Positions 36,914 to 52,378 of a DNA stretch of 64,000 bases are shown piece by piece. The notes beneath the pieces are model-generated. The model saw nothing but the letters and a program-made list of their open reading frames with translations, searched no databases and had not been told where the DNA came from. Both the position numbers and the translations under genes were made by a program. Position 1 is the stretch's first letter. Each line of letters begins with the position of its first letter. The stretch is taken from positions 9,486,001-9,550,000 of the forward strand of contig NC_092671.1 of assembly GCF_964355755.1 (NCBI RefSeq), given 5' to 3'. The DNA is from Antedon mediterranea. Taxonomy: Eukaryota > Animalia > Echinodermata.

Positions 36914-38553
36914 TTAAAGTTCAAAATTGACCATTTTTAAATGCCATTTTTTAATTAGTAGATTAATATTTGTTGGCAAATAATACATTGTTGGAATGCT
37001 GTGTATACAATTAACTAGTGAAAAAATGTGAAATTATGTGATTCATAATTAAAGAACTGTCTTTGATTTGTATATATTTTTGCGATTTAGTAATTAATCA
37101 TAAATTAATCAAAAGAACAATGATTAATTTTAAAATGTCAAGCGGCATTTTTTTGTAAGAAATATTTCTTGTTATGACTTGTATTTAAAATAACAAAACA
37201 ATAAAGCATTTTGTGATCAACTGAATTTAATTCAATGGTAAAACAAATATATATTTTTTCTTTAATAATCAACAACACAATATAGTTTGTGACGTCGGAT
37301 ATAGTTTTTAGTTTGTAAAGATCAACTCAACATGCTAAATAACAATTATATACATCAATAAAATTAAAATCTACTTTTTCTACATGTATAAAATACAAAA
37401 TTGCACATATAAACAAATCGTTATCAAACGAAAGTAGCGCCTATATAAAAATATTTTGATACTATCAACACTGAAGATATAAAATTATAAACTTCTTTTC
37501 GATCAGATTTTCCAGCCTGAAAACAATTAACTGTGATAAAATAAAACAACACACATTGGTAAATTTGGTATTAAAACACTTGATATTATATAATTTCCTT
37601 ATTAAATGTAGGCCATACATGTTAACTTAGAAAGCCCAGTAAAAATAAATGAATAATCCATTTAGATCCAAACTTAAATGTTAATATTTATATTTGAATT
37701 TTTCGTAGTAAAAAAATTTTTTTCAGCTTCAACAGTTTTCTGTGAAATTTCTATAAAAAGTCTTTCAAATAACAAGACAAATCCTTGAACAGTTTGGTCA
37801 GAGAGTAATAATTCACACAATTGGCGATGATTTCATCATGGTGTTAAATATATGTTGGTATAGCATAAACCATTATTATCGGTATTGTATTACATCTTTA
37901 AAATGTGCATAAACTCCCTTTAATATTAGTTATGATTATATATAAATCTGCAGAATATACGTGTTATAATGATATAATATATAGTTTACTATGTTGCATG
38001 GAATGTAAAATTCAATATCTTAACATAACATTCATTTTAAACTTTTGGCATAACATATACAGCTACTGTACATGTATGATGTCTCTTTCACATTGCCTTA
38101 ATGTTTACACACCGCGGCATTAACACAGAAGTTTTGTATGGTGTGCGTCCCAGGGTTTTCCTAGGTGATTTAAAAGAGGTATGAGTTTATATGTTAAGAA
38201 TGCCAGAAATATTATAATTTATTTATATTGTTATATGTATAAAAATAAACATGTCGTATATTAATTGTATAAACAAAAATATCCTGTCTTCTCTGTAAAA
38301 TTAAAGTTTATGCTAAAGCATCATAATATAAGATCATGATCTCAGCCAAAGCATTTTGAAATGATGAATCAACCATCGATCAACTTTTTCAAATGATACC
38401 CTTTTTTAAGAGGTAGGCCTGTAGTATTAAAGTCAAGTCATAATTTCTGAATACATAGCTTTCAAAGCTAGCTAGACATTTTGAATGTATAATGTTATTA
38501 TTTTATACTGTATATCAAAAACGAATATATATAATTATTTATTTTTCATAAAT

Positions 38554-41500
38554 TTAGGAGTTCAACAATTTGAAACTATTTTTCAACAAGTTTAAGTCAA
38601 TGTTACTTAGAAACTGGCAATGTAATTGATCAGCCATAGAGAAGCTTTTACTATTTCCTAGAATCTCGTTGATCTTCTGTTCTGCGATGTAATTCACCAT
38701 CTTGGCACATTCCTCTGCATGCCATTTAGTGAGATACCCATCAAGGGCATTGTCTGACTCGGCTGCAACAAGGTCCTCCACAGAAGGACCCCACAACAGC
38801 AGCTGCAGGAATCCGATACTCTGTCTAGCACTTAATCGATCATTAGGATTTTTTCTCAGAAGCTCACCAGCAAGTTTCTGTAGCCCTAAAGAGTATCTGG
38901 ATTTCTTTGGAATCTTTGGAAAATCGCTTGGCTTGTAGTCTCTTATAATAAGATTTGTTTTCACACTAAATGGATTCGGCTCGTGAAGCATTTTATATAT
39001 CAGTATTCCAACATCGAACTCATTTGTCTTATTGACAATACTAGGTGACAGAAGTGTGTCATTAACACGTTCCGATTCATCTCTTTCGGCAAGATTAAGA
39101 TAGTCCACTACCAAATAATTGCCACCACCAGGAAGACCAGAGTCAATAAGAAGCAAGTTCTCCATCTTGACGGTTGAAAGACTAATGTTGTTATTTTCAA
39201 GATGCTGCAAGCCAGAAAAGAGCTGCAAAAGAACAGTTATAATTTCACCTTCATACTGTTCAGGCAAGAAATTATGCTTCTCTTTTGAATAACTAACCAA
39301 TTTTGAAACACTACTGACTGGCTGAACTGCCAAAGCTACTAATAAACTTTCTGACATCTCTTCTGATTGGTCGGCAGGCTCCGGACATTTTGATGGCGAT
39401 GGTTTTGGTCTAATCAGTTTGTTTGGTACAGAAGACTTGGAAGCTGAACAGACGTTGATGATATGAGGATGAGGAAGAAGTAGTTGTATTGACATGATGA
39501 AACTATACAGTGGATCCACCGTTTCAGGATCAGTGAACATCTGAAGTATGGAAAGTAAATAATAGTAAGAAATAGAATTAAATCATGTATTGAAAAAAAA
39601 CGAAAATAAATCTCTTTCTAGTATGACATGATGTGGGATTTGTCGACTTGGAACTGTAAGCAACTCAACTGCGTCTACATAAAGTGCTCCGAGCAACTGT
39701 CCTAAAGTCAAGGCAGCAGACACGACTAGTTTATGATCAAACACTGTGGTTCCTTTTTAACTTAGAATCATGGCGCCCACATTCGACATGAGTGTGATTA
39801 CGCAAATAGTTTCTTTTAGTTGAGTTGCTCTGAGTTCTACATATATTTACAAGTAAATTCATTTTTGACAGTTAATAGAGTAATAGCTCTGAACAATAAA
39901 CCTACCATTAAAGTGAAGTGCTTGTCTTTATTTGCAATTAATTCAGCTGGATAGAACCTTGCTTCAGAGCTGGTAAAACATGGATGATCACTGGTCAATT
40001 TAAAATCCCTTAAAACCACTTGGTCTAACCTCGGACAGCTTTCATGACTGTTCTGCCATGCTGATGAAATCTTTGACAATGTCAACATGTTTCTGTTATT
40101 GATCTTGGCAAAAAAAGGATCTAGTGGATTCAGACCATTTGATATCGGAGAAGATTCGGATTCCTCTGACAATGTTCTTAGTGGACTGGTACCTTGATCA
40201 ACCATTAGCTTTTGATTACGTGGAGTTGGCATTGGTTTTAATCTTGAAGGAATATCTGCGTCAGACAATAATTCATCAACATTTGCATACACGTTTTCAG
40301 TACTTTCTTGGGATTTCTCTTTATTTGTTGTTCCTGGGTCTAGAACTCTGACAGGTCTTTTGGGAGTTTTATTGTCGCCACTGTTATGGTTATCTTCAAG
40401 GTTCTTCATTGCTGATTTTAAAGGAGTAACTGGTCGGAAACTTGATGCTGAAGCACTATTGCTTCGTTTTCGTGGCAGAGGTTGTGGCCTATCAGCTTCA
40501 TCTTGAGAACTCTGATTAGGGGATGATTTGTCCCAATTTTCCTGGGAGAGGCAATTTTCTTGAGGAAGTTGTGGAGCCATACGCTTTTTAGTGTTCTCTA
40601 ATTGGGAAGGTAAATTCTCAAAAGCGGTTGTTCTATTTCTAAATCTTCTTGAAGGTTTTGTTGGCACTGGGAGTCCATTCCGTATTGGTCCTGCGGAAAA
40701 TAAAAGAATTATATTTATTTATAATAATATATGTTTAATGAAGTGGTGGGATGGGAAAACTATTTGTACTACAGTATATTGACCAATGTAGAGGTCATAG
40801 TGGGGGCATGACCATTATAAAAGAGAGATGCAATTTGCTTCACATCTAATTGATAAGACCAAAATAAAGGAATGGTTAGTATTATATGAAATGAACTGTT
40901 CTTTTTAGTTCAAAGACATGAAGAATACTTAATCTTACCCCAGTTTTCATAATCATCCATTGATCGATCCTTGATGCTGCTACTGACAGAGGTAAATGAA
41001 TGTGCCTTCTGGAGCTTAGCTGGCAATTTCTTCTTCCTTGTTTTAAATTCATCCAGTAACAATTGATCACTCTGTAAAACATCCGGTGGGCCTGGAGCTT
41101 TACGTTTGCTAAAGTTATTTGTTAATCGAGGCAAAGGCGGAGCATCAATTGGTGTGTTTGCATTAATATAAAACGTAGACAGACCATGTTCGGTAGCTAC
41201 TGCAGAATAATCAACGTGGCTACTTTCAATAACTGGAATTGGCTCGCCTTTATAAGCTTTAATTACTTCTAGTTTCTTCAAATTTTCTTCATGAGATACC
41301 GCTGCAATTTCATCCTCAGTCATATGTTTGTTCAATAACCAATCAGTTACACCTTTTGAATTAAATTCCCTTTCAGGACTACCATCTTCTTTTCTTCTAG
41401 AACGATTCTTTCGCCATGGTAGCTTGGACCATTTACCTTTACTTTCTCTAGTTACCGTAGGCTGTATTGAATCAATGGCATCAACTGGCAGAGTTATGGG

Positions 41501-43963
41501 TCTTTGTGGACTGGTAGTTGTACTTGGAGGTAAACCACTACGAGGTGGTGAATATGATGCTAGAACATCACTAACAGGATCTATTGGTTTCTTTTCAATA
41601 GATTTGTCATTAGGAGATTGGTCTAGACGATTCAGTACTGGTGCAGGTCTTTTTTTGCCATCCGTGTTCCTTTCTGGAGTCTTATCCCGAATTTTAGGGG
41701 CTTTAGTATTAACTGGTAATGTCTTGGATTTTGGTGATGAATGTGAATGACTTCCATTTTGTTTTGGAGGAGTCACTTTTCTACCAACTTCAAATGTTTT
41801 TATATTAGACTTTGGTATGTTCACTGGTTGCGAACTTTTCCTTTCTATATTCTGGTGAGGAGGAGGAGGTGGTGGTATTTTTGGCATTGTATCAGTAAAA
41901 TTCTCTACCTCTTTAACATTATTCAAAGAAAGTGATCTTCTTGATTTACTTTCTGGTGGAGGAGGTGGTGGAGCATTTCTCTTCTGTCTCAATTTAACTG
42001 GAGTTTCTCTGTTGTTTTCTGGATCCTCATCACTAAAATTGAAATTGTTAACAGAATTTTTGTTCTGAACAGGACTGTTTGATGTAGGATGAGTGATAGA
42101 TCTCTTTCTAGAACATGAATCTACCTTTTTATTATTCACTTTGACTTCTGCAGATTTTCTTGAACGATACTGCTTTTTAAATCCACTGCTCTCTCCACTA
42201 CTGGAAGTACTTTTTGACATATCTGAAAAATCAGATTCTGGAACAGAATCATAATTATGAACATTGTGTTCAGTATCAGTTGAAGTACAGCTACTGCTCC
42301 TCATAGGTTGTAGATACTCTTCATTTGGAGATTTAAATTCATTTTGTGTTGTACTGGAAGACGAAATCCTTTTAGAAGACTCACCTCCAGCATTTGAACC
42401 AATGTAAATTGGAACTCTATACAAGGATGAGTCCGAGTTTCTCTTTGCTGACTTTGGCAAGGCCTGTATTTCGTGATGAAGAATTGTTGGCAAGGTTGGT
42501 GAGTCATCAGCAGGTTCTTCATATTCTGGTTCATCTCCAGACGTCTGTCTGCCAAACTTCTTTTCCTTTACTGTATATGTTGAATCTACCAACGTAATCT
42601 TTTGTTGAAACTGTCTATGACCATTTTGAACATTTCTGTCAACCTTCTGGTAACCTTGCTTGTGTGATGTTCCCGGAACATCAGTGACAACATATGGTGC
42701 ACATTCTTGAACTTCAAGATCAACAACTCTGTAAGGTTGTACATTTGAAGATGAGGTACTGAAACTACTTCCACTGGAATGCAATGATAAATTAGACAAT
42801 GTGGAAGAATTTATAGAGACTCTGCTATCACATGGTGGTGGTGGCGGTGACTCTGTGTATCGAGACACTGAGCCATCAGCAGATATAATTTTTATTTCCC
42901 TTGAAGAAGACATATGGTTATTGTTTGTGGAGTTGTTACTATTTTCATGAATATTCATCCCAAAATATATTTCGGAACTTATTTGACTTCCTTTTACTTT
43001 TTTGTTTTGTGAGATATTTCCAGAGTTAATATCACCATTTAATAAAACCACATCGATTTCCTCAACCTTCTGTTCAGGTTCATACATTTCTGGATCTGAA
43101 TCATGTCGTTCTGATAAATCTGCAATTGTCGGTCGCTTATGGTCTCTACCAATGTTTCTAGGAAGCGTATCATGTTTTTCTATATTAAAAGCAGAGTGAG
43201 CAGCATTTGAAAGCAGTTGCGATTGTAAATCAGATTTTGCAGCAATAATTTCCTTTTTTCGTTTTAAATCAGTGTCCTTAGAATTTACTATTCCATCAGG
43301 TGAAGTCACATTTTCCGATGATGTGCTTGCAGATTCTTCTTCTTGTTTGTTCTCCTCTTTCAAAAATTTATTTACTCTTTTTAAACTTTTTCCAATACGC
43401 TGAAATTCAAGACTTGAATTTTCTTCTGGGCATGTGGAATTAGAATCATCACTTAATGTCAGACGACAAACCTCTTTTTTAGTAGGTGATATGGTTCCAT
43501 TTTCCGGAACTGAATCAGCTCTACGAATTCTTGGAGTAAATTTTCCATTAGTCTTTACCTCAGCACCTTTAGTAACATGAGTTTGACGTTTTAAGCGTGA
43601 ACTTGATTTTTCTTTAACCAGTGGTGGAGTTTTTTCTTTCTTGCTACTACGTCCATTTAAGTATGTTTCAGCATCATTTTGAAAACCATTTGCACTTGTA
43701 AAACCATTTTCATGTGATTCATTCACTTGGATATTGTTTACTGAAAAGGGTGTTAACTTGTTTACGATGGTTTTTTTAGGCGCTGTATCATTATTATCTC
43801 CAGTTTGTAGCTCAATTATCTTAACGTTAACTGGTTCCAATGTCTGGCTGATGATTGAGTGTTGCGAAAGTGGTTTGAAGCACTTAGCACAATAGTTATG
43901 CTTAAATTGGTGTTGTACGTAGTCCTTGCAAGCAATATTGGTAATCTTAATTTCCTCCTTCAT
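38554..43963 (-). CDS. PEAK1: PEAK1/PRAG1 (SgK269/SgK223)-like pseudokinase, 3 coding exons, about 1598 aa
   Basis: Exons 43963-40939, 40690-39906 and 39540-38554 (phases 1 and 0 fit). N-terminal CKDYVQHQFKHNYCAKCFKPLSQH motif of the PEAK family, long Ser/Pro-rich region, then HPHIINVC, LLQLFSGLQHL, MENLLL, EFDVGILIYKMLHEPNPF, LQLLLWGP. An acceptor at 44152-44154 implies upstream non-coding exon(s). Confidence 0.88.
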
Positions 43964-46900
43964 ATTTTCTATCCTGTCATTACCTGCTTAGTTTACAAAT
44001 CTCTTCCATTGTTTAATTCGCAAGAATTACTTCCTTCAAAATACACAATGATTGTTAAGACTCTGACGCTCACTCGTGATAAGATGACAACTCCAGGCTT
44101 CCTGAAATACTTTAACGACTTCTTGTTTTTATTGCCTAGATAATATTCGTCCTGTGGGAATAAAACAAAATCTGTAAGTAATGGTGAAACAAAGCTAGTA
44201 TATTAAAAGCATTAAACCTTTGAGAGAAACAATTAATAACCAAAGAAAACAAATTATTTAATCATTTACTTTTAGACAGAAAGAAAAAGACCGAAGAAGA
44301 CTGCATCGTTTTTTAATCTAATAAAAAATCAATATTTTTCTGAGAATCAATTGCTGAACAGGAAAGATAAGTCATGACTGAATTGTAAAGACTTTCAGTA
44401 AAATCACCTGAGCACTAAATAACACTAACACATACTGTACTGCATTATTCAGTAAAATTATACATATACAAGAATATTTAGCGTTAAGACATAAACAAAT
44501 AGGCCTGGATAAAAAAATGGATAAAAGATCAATTTACTGTATGATATTTAGTAGAAATGTTGTATAGTATCAGTATCAACATGACTAAAAAACAAACATA
44601 AATAATAGAAAATACAATCAATTTTGATTATTAAACAAAAACTTTGCTATTTAAGACATTTAGGTTTAGAGTCTAGAGTGTAAATTAAATTTAAACTATA
44701 GGCGATATACTGTAGTACATTACTGTAGATATTCAATTCAATTCAATTCAAAGTAACATTTATTTTCTTCAAAATAAAACAGTCAACAAAATGGTGTAAA
44801 GAAAGGTAATATGATTGAAGAAGGCATGATCAAAAAAGCAAAAAGCTTGTGACAGACATGCCTAAACAAAGATTAGATAAAAACAACACGTCATAATAAT
44901 AATTATTAATGAAAATATTAATACTTTGATACCCAAGCCTATATTTAAATTAAATAAATTTCAACGTTATGAACAAATACTCATATAAATGTAGTACTAG
45001 AGCTCTTGTAACTGTGTTTATAAGGAACTACCGACATAAAAGTTAGTCACATGCTTATTAATATTAAGCACCACCAATAAGCACCGGAGACTTAACATAA
45101 TACCATATCTGAACTTAATACTACCACACTATAATGTCTGTAGATATATCCTGCTGTCACACACATGCTGAAATGAATCACAGCAAATCTAACCATAGTG
45201 GAAAAAAAATAAACTTTTATTTATTAAATCTAAAATATTAAATAATATAATAATATTTACCTGTCTATACATTAAACACCATGTCCTTACAGTGGCAATA
45301 CCAAAATGAAAGCAAAACTTATGAGTCTTATAATTACAGATTACACAATTCACTTTACACTATTGATGCTCACTGGACTATGAAGGTGCTCAAACTGAAT
45401 TTTTGTATTCTATTCTCGCCCCCATAATGATTCATATACAGTAATTGGGAAAGTCCCTGCTTAATCATGCTTGCAGTTATTTTCTTATACATTGAACTTC
45501 GACCCTGAAAAGATCAAGCTGAATCAACAAGATGATGACATGCCACATTATCCTTTATTAGGATTTATATTGATTGGTCAATGACACTACTGTAAAACAT
45601 CTATAGCAAAAACAAATATTAGTTTCAGTAGTGTATTAAAGTGTATTATTAATCAATTTTGCATTGTTGTTTGAGAATAAAGAAAAACTGAGAGAAATGT
45701 CATTTTATTATCGAAAAAAAAGGAAAACCAAATTTAATGGTAAAGTAATTTTGTTTATTATATTTAAATATATGCAAATGAAAAACATTTTACCAGGAAA
45801 ATGTATGTTCTTCCTAAATTGTTAACATACTATGGTACACAATAGTTGAACAGCTCTAGCAAAAGAAAGTTATGCAGGATTATAGTCCAATGATTGTTTG
45901 ATGGGCTGTGACATATCAACAACTGATAATGAAGTCATAGCCACTCAATTGACTATTATTTTTAATTAATAATTATAAAAAGAATATATATAAAGAATAT
46001 ATATATATATATATTTAGTACTGTCTAGATACATTTTATTTTTTAAATTATTTGTTGGCAAACATACAAAACATCATGCAATTAAATTTTCCAGTGACGT
46101 ATTTAATGGTATTAGTAGCGTAATATATAGGTACTGTCCAAACAGATTTATCTATTATCTTATACCCTCCTCCTGGTTTGGTTAATGGGGGAAATTCCCT
46201 TTTGAGCTCAGTGAAAAGAAATCCTCTAAAATTGTTTGTTTGTTATATTATTGTATCAATAAATACATTTCTATGACAACTAAAAGTTTATTATCTGACA
46301 ACATTGACAGGGAACTACAATATAAATCCAGCATACTACATTGTTGAATGTAAGGAAAACCAAAGCGATAGTAAACTGGTTTATTTTTGGCATTTAAAAT
46401 CAATGTATGACCAGATATATTTTGCCAATTACGGTCTGTTCAATAGCTGATTCAAGCTCATAATTATTAGGCCTCCATTTTTAATATCTAATATTTAAAA
46501 GTGTTTAATTATTCATTTATATAATAAAATGTATTTGCCTCTGCAGTACAGTATCCCGGATATTTAAAAGAATTAGCTAGGTAGACAAATATTTACCCAA
46601 TAAACAGGGCTAAAGATAATATATATAACCTTTTACCATATTTTGACAATGACAGTGAAAAATTAATATTACATAATAAGTAAAAGAGGGGCGACCAGTT
46701 AATGGAGGATTTACATTATGTGCATTTCCCAAAACAATATTTTGTCATTCTTTATCTCATATCCTTTCCTTAAAAATGCATAGTAACCTTAAATAAAGAA
46801 ATATTGACGAACTACATCGAACGAAAACAAATCCTTGAACTAAACAATATGAACTCACAGGAATAGAAGGTGTTTGGATTGTTGGAAACCATTTAAATGC

Positions 46901-47534
46901 AGAAACAATTGGTTCTTTAAAATTTACTTATTGACTTTTTAATTGCAGAACAGTATAACATTACCAGAAAAAAAATGTTTATTTTATACTCATCTGATAC
47001 TAGCAGATAACTTATATAAGCTAAGTCTGATTCGAGATTTAGGAAGTCGAAAGTGTTAAAGAGTTAAAACACTGGCGCTAGGTCAGGATTGAACCCTGGA
47101 TTCCAAATTTTGCAGAATTGCTGAATAAATAAAAATGTTATTTTTGATTATATATTCAAATAAATAGTTACTATGTTTAAAAATGAATGTTGACAGAAAC
47201 TGCATGTTTAGTAAAAGCGCATATAAATTTGGTTGGTGAATAGAAATAACAAAGAAGTCCTGCCTAAAATTTGTTTATAATCTCCTATGAATGGTATGTG
47301 GATTTTCTTGGCTATACAAACAACCAACATGTTAAGGTTTTTTGTTTGAGAAGTATTTGTTTTTAATAGTTCACTTCAAACAAATTCCCATCTGTAAAAG
47401 TCAGAGAGAGATATGGCGTAACAAATGCTTTGTCATTCTTAAGTCTTGTTTTTAGTCTTTTTAAATGTCAGTCAGGAAAAAACCACATGTTGACATCAGC
47501 CAAAGAACAGATCACAGATGTTTAAACAACAGTA

Positions 47535-47680
47535 CAGGGCTGTACGCAAGATTTTATTTGGGTTGGTGCGGATTAATTTATTTTGGACCATTTTCATAAT
47601 GTAATGTATAATACACTACAGATTTATTTTAAGACCCTATACCTTTTGCAATTTGGCGCACCCGTCTGAGTACGGCCCTG
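47535..47680. mobile_element. Possible hAT-like MITE
   Basis: CAGGGCTGTAC / GTACGGCCCTG ends; imperfect 8 bp flanks CAACAGTA and CAGTAGTA. Confidence 0.4.
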
Positions 47681-48974
47681 CAGTAGTAGGCCTAGATATG
47701 GTGCATTTTGAAAGAATTGAAAAGGTAGTACAGTTGAACAGCACAGACTTTTTCTGGTCAACATTTAACTAGTAACAAAGTCTATTGTGAACAGGGGTCG
47801 TCCGGGTTAAACAACTTCCACTTGTCAAGTTAAACACTAACCTTGGATCTGTAAAATTAACAAGACTATACCGTTTACTATACAGTTGTATAGTTTTGCA
47901 AAGTCACAATATCTCACGCGAGTTTGAACATTATTATACTGCCATTAAATATTATATGTAATGGTAACATATTATATTGCAAATAATAATTCAATGCAAG
48001 GAAAAAAAATTGTATGTAAAATATATCAAACCATTAAAAGAAATGGTCAAGCAAGCATAATTCCTGTTTTAATATGCTAAATTATTTTTCTTTAAATTGA
48101 CTGACAGCACCTACTCGCAATTATAGTGTACATTAGTGCAATTGTGACTTGTGCTGGATGAAATATACATTGCCTAGACCAATTGATAAATGGGCAAAGA
48201 GAAGATAAACAAATACAGTAGGCCTACAGAACAAAATAATTGCATGTTACGAAACATGGCTCAAAACACTACATCACTGTACATCTCTACAGGTTTTGCA
48301 AGATACTGGAAGTGGATAGTCCCTTGAAACCATGGCGGCCTTCTTTATGTTACCACTGAGTTTAATCAGCTATCTAAATAAGATAGATTAGTTACCATGG
48401 AAACTATAAACATAATGAATATATATCCAGTTAAAATCAATACTATGTTCAGAAATAAAGAGTAAACATGATTTGAGTGCAGTGACCTAAACAAAAGTGA
48501 AAAACAAAAATGTTGTATAAATTAGTTTGATTAAACTCAGAGAAGGGAACAGAAGTACACTGGCTTATTAAATAATAACACCTTTATATTGCTAATTGTA
48601 GGTACAAATCACTCATCTTTAATATTTGACATAGATATCTGACATAATAAACTATTATTTTAAGTTTTACACAGTACAGTATAAACAAATTGTGTTTGTA
48701 TTCATAGTCCATTGGGTTTTATACAATTCTTCAACATAAAGTCGTCATCTATTGTGCATCAACATTGACAATAAAAACATCTAAATTCATTGGTCTGCAG
48801 AGAGCTTACAAACAAGACTATTAGCGTTTAGATCTTCACCGAGATATTGATTTTTCTATGTGTGTATACTTTTCTGGAAATAAAAGGCTATTCAATGAAG
48901 TCTATGAATATAAAATTGACATTTAAAACTTGAAGGAAATAAAAAGGAACACTCGTCTCATACTTACAGTATTA

Positions 48975-49132
48975 AGCTCTGTCTACACTATCAAACTAGT
49001 GTGATGTTCCTAAATATGGTAGTGATATGCCCAGAAATATGGTAGTACCGGTAGTGATATGACATCATCATGTCCATATACGGGCACATCACATTTATTT
49101 GTCACATAAAGTTTGATAGTGTAGACAGAGCT
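48975..49132. mobile_element. Harbinger-like MITE, full copy
   Basis: TIR AGCTCTGTCTACACTATCAAACT / AGTTTGATAGTGTAGACAGAGCT; TTA and TGA flanks. Confidence 0.8.
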
Positions 49133-52100
49133 TGAGACTTGTTGCGCCATTACCCATGGTTTCCTGGTGACATATTTGCCAAATTGATTAAATAAATTAA
49201 CAAAATTACTGCCAAAAAAAATTACAATCTAATCTTACCAGTTCTCAGTGGAGAAAATCCCGTTTAAATGTGATTTATTACAATGGTTATTACATGGTAA
49301 TTACTACTAAGTCTATATCCCTAAAGTTATTAACCTACTGTATTATAAAGTCAAACACAACATTACCTGCAATAGACATATACACTTCCTTTTACCAAAC
49401 AGGAAGATAAGGTGTACATTTTTAAATTCAACAGATAGGAAATTACATATTTTACAATGGTAACAATATAATTTTTTTTTGCTAATACAAGAAGATACGA
49501 TGTACCATGTCCGTACTGTGATGACGTACCACCTGTGTGGAAGATACTGTTAGTTAGTTCCTTATATGGAAGTAAAATAATCATGAAGTGTTAAACCTAA
49601 CAATAGGATGTTGTAGTAATTAAAAATGTCCTGTTTTCAATACAGTATACAACAAATATTCCTTTCTAATGTTCCACATTTTAATTTAAACTTTAAGCAA
49701 GGCAATGAAAAACTCAAATACAATTTTGAGAAAGACCAAGAACTTGGTGGATAACTAAACATTTTTAATTTTATAGAAAGTATTGCACAAAAATTTGTTT
49801 ATAGTTTTAAAGGTGTAATTATTGAAATAATAATTTCTAAAAAAGTTTCCTTTATTTATTCAATCAAAATTTTTTGATATTTAGTTATACTGTAGATAAA
49901 TAGTTGTAGATAAAACGTGGAATATATTTATATCAAAGTGTTCAGTAAACGACAGATTATTAGGGCTTCACCTTGATGAATTCTTTTTCCTTAATTCCTT
50001 CCCATACACATCTTCCTTCCGTGCATTGATCACGACAATTACTTTTGGCATTTCATCAAATCTATGCAATAATTACATTCACATATCACGGTTAATAATT
50101 TCATAAACCTGATATTTGTCTCTAGTTCAAGGTTTCATAAAAATTATAATACTTTTGGTGATTTTGGGGGGATGACCGCTCTGCAACTGGTCAGGAAATG
50201 ATCACTAGTCTATGGCTGTAAAATTATGATGGCTCTACTGTACGGAAATAAAATGATGGACACAAGGTCACTTTTTAAATGAACTATATAAATATAATTA
50301 TGGTAGTGATGACGAGCACGATTCTATTTAACAACTAGTTGATAGATAGCTGAGCAAACTCATAATATGAAAATATAGCCAAAATATCCAAAGATGTTAC
50401 ATACTGTAAGCTGTCTAGTCAAAAATTCCAATACAATCGAAGGTAAAAACATGCACAAATAATATAGCAATGCTTCCACCTATGGCTGATGCAAATCAGC
50501 CAATATCATAGATTAAAGGATTTTGATACAGCCAGTCTACAGTAATACATCTAATCTTTGACATTTATGTAGCTATACAGTATAGCTATACATTTACATT
50601 TTTTTAATTCATAAATAAAATCAATACACGGGTATAATTCTGTAAAAATAGTAAATCTTTTACCACATATGCCACTGAAATTATTATTTTTTTCTGTAAT
50701 ATTAAAAGCTGTTGGATGCATGCATTATTCTTGTCGTGCACAAGTTCAAAAATGATAAAAATCAATCAAAAATGATAAAAATCAATCAAAAATGACAAAA
50801 ATTCCAGTGGGTTTAATTTAACAGGAAATGGTGTTTGACAGTAAATAGAAGCCTTGAACTTCATTATGGCTGATTTATGTTCATTTCCTATTTGGGAACG
50901 CACCCTCCCTAGCTTATATTTGTCAGACCCCTAGAAAACGTTCAAATGTTTGGTCCACTGTTGATATACATCAACGATAATATTTCCTGGTAATATCCCT
51001 GGATCCATATCCTGTGCAGATCGAAACATCAGTTTATACATATAGAGATTTCTACAACTACAACTACAGAATTTACTGAAAAGAGATAATGGAAAGATGT
51101 ACAGTAGGATGCTATCCAAAAGTTGCATTAAATGGTAAAACATAAGAAACGTCAACACTACCGTACACTGTTGCAGCATACAAATTTACCATGTAAAAAA
51201 TGTTAAATTAATCTCCCTGAATTAACTGTGTATACACTAATTTAGCGTAAACAACCAGCTACACAAAAGATTTGAAATTTGATACTAAATACCAAATTTA
51301 CCAGTACTATTTCATATTATTGTTCCTAGTTTACTGTAGATCAAACTCATCTAAAAAGCCCAACACAAAGTCTCCACCTTTCACTGTATATTAGGCCCTG
51401 CAGTAAATGGCGCATCAACATCAAAATTTTCGCAGCATTCTATACTAAAACAGGTACATTGGTTGATATTTCACTGTTATGACATGTGCAACTATATTTA
51501 AATATTCAACAGTTGCACACTGGAATCAAGCCAATATCTGTTAGAAGTTATTATGCTTGCCTCAATGGGCCAAGGATGAAAGATTCACTGAATTCCTAGG
51601 TGCATTCAGTATCTGTTTAACACACCTTATTTCTTAACATTTATTTATAGCATAATAAAGTATAAATTACTTTTGTTTATAGCATAATGAAGTATAAATT
51701 GTGACAAGTGCCATAAGATAAGAGATGACAGTACAGTAATAACAATTTAATGCTTTGTGCACTCCTTACAAGCGTACGAGCATAATGGTTATTTACTTAG
51801 ATGCGATTATACATGTATTATAATGGTGTACTTAAATGCAAATACATATAATAAATACACTTGACTTGGTATCTGTTTTTATTTGGTGTATATCTGTTAC
51901 CTAAAATATCATGGTAAATCTCGAGACAGAAATAATGAGGTTTAATATTGAAAACGGAAGGAAGTAGAGAAAGCTAGCAGGAGGTACATATACACAATCT
52001 TTATTATTATTATTTTGCAATACTCTGAACTATTTAGGTTCAATTGAGCCATTGTATGCAAAAATAATTCCTGCTGTATTATGGAAGATAACAATGGAAA

Positions 52101-52199
52101 ATTCAAACAACAACTTTGGTCTAAAAATAAGATGGAAAGATAGCCAAGTTATGATACGTAATAAACACAAGTTTAAATATATATTTATTGTCTAAAGTA

Positions 52200-52378
52200 C
52201 TTTCACTTGCACTGACGAAGGGCTACTGTAGTGTTGCCCAAAAGCTCTGCAGATATTTCTAGCTGTTTTGTGTTTTGATTTAGCTTTTTGCTTATTTTAT
52301 TTTGTATCTCCATTTTATTTTGTAGATCCAGCCACTGATACCCACAGCATTGTCATTTTGCCAGTAATTTGCCTTTTT
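52200..52378 (+). mobile_element. Penelope pLTR relic with a degenerate hammerhead ribozyme
   Basis: TGCA-CTGACGA-A-GGGC...GCCC-aAAA-GCTC-TGCA at 52208-52251, then a T-rich tract and a segment repeated at 4302-4353. Confidence 0.65.
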
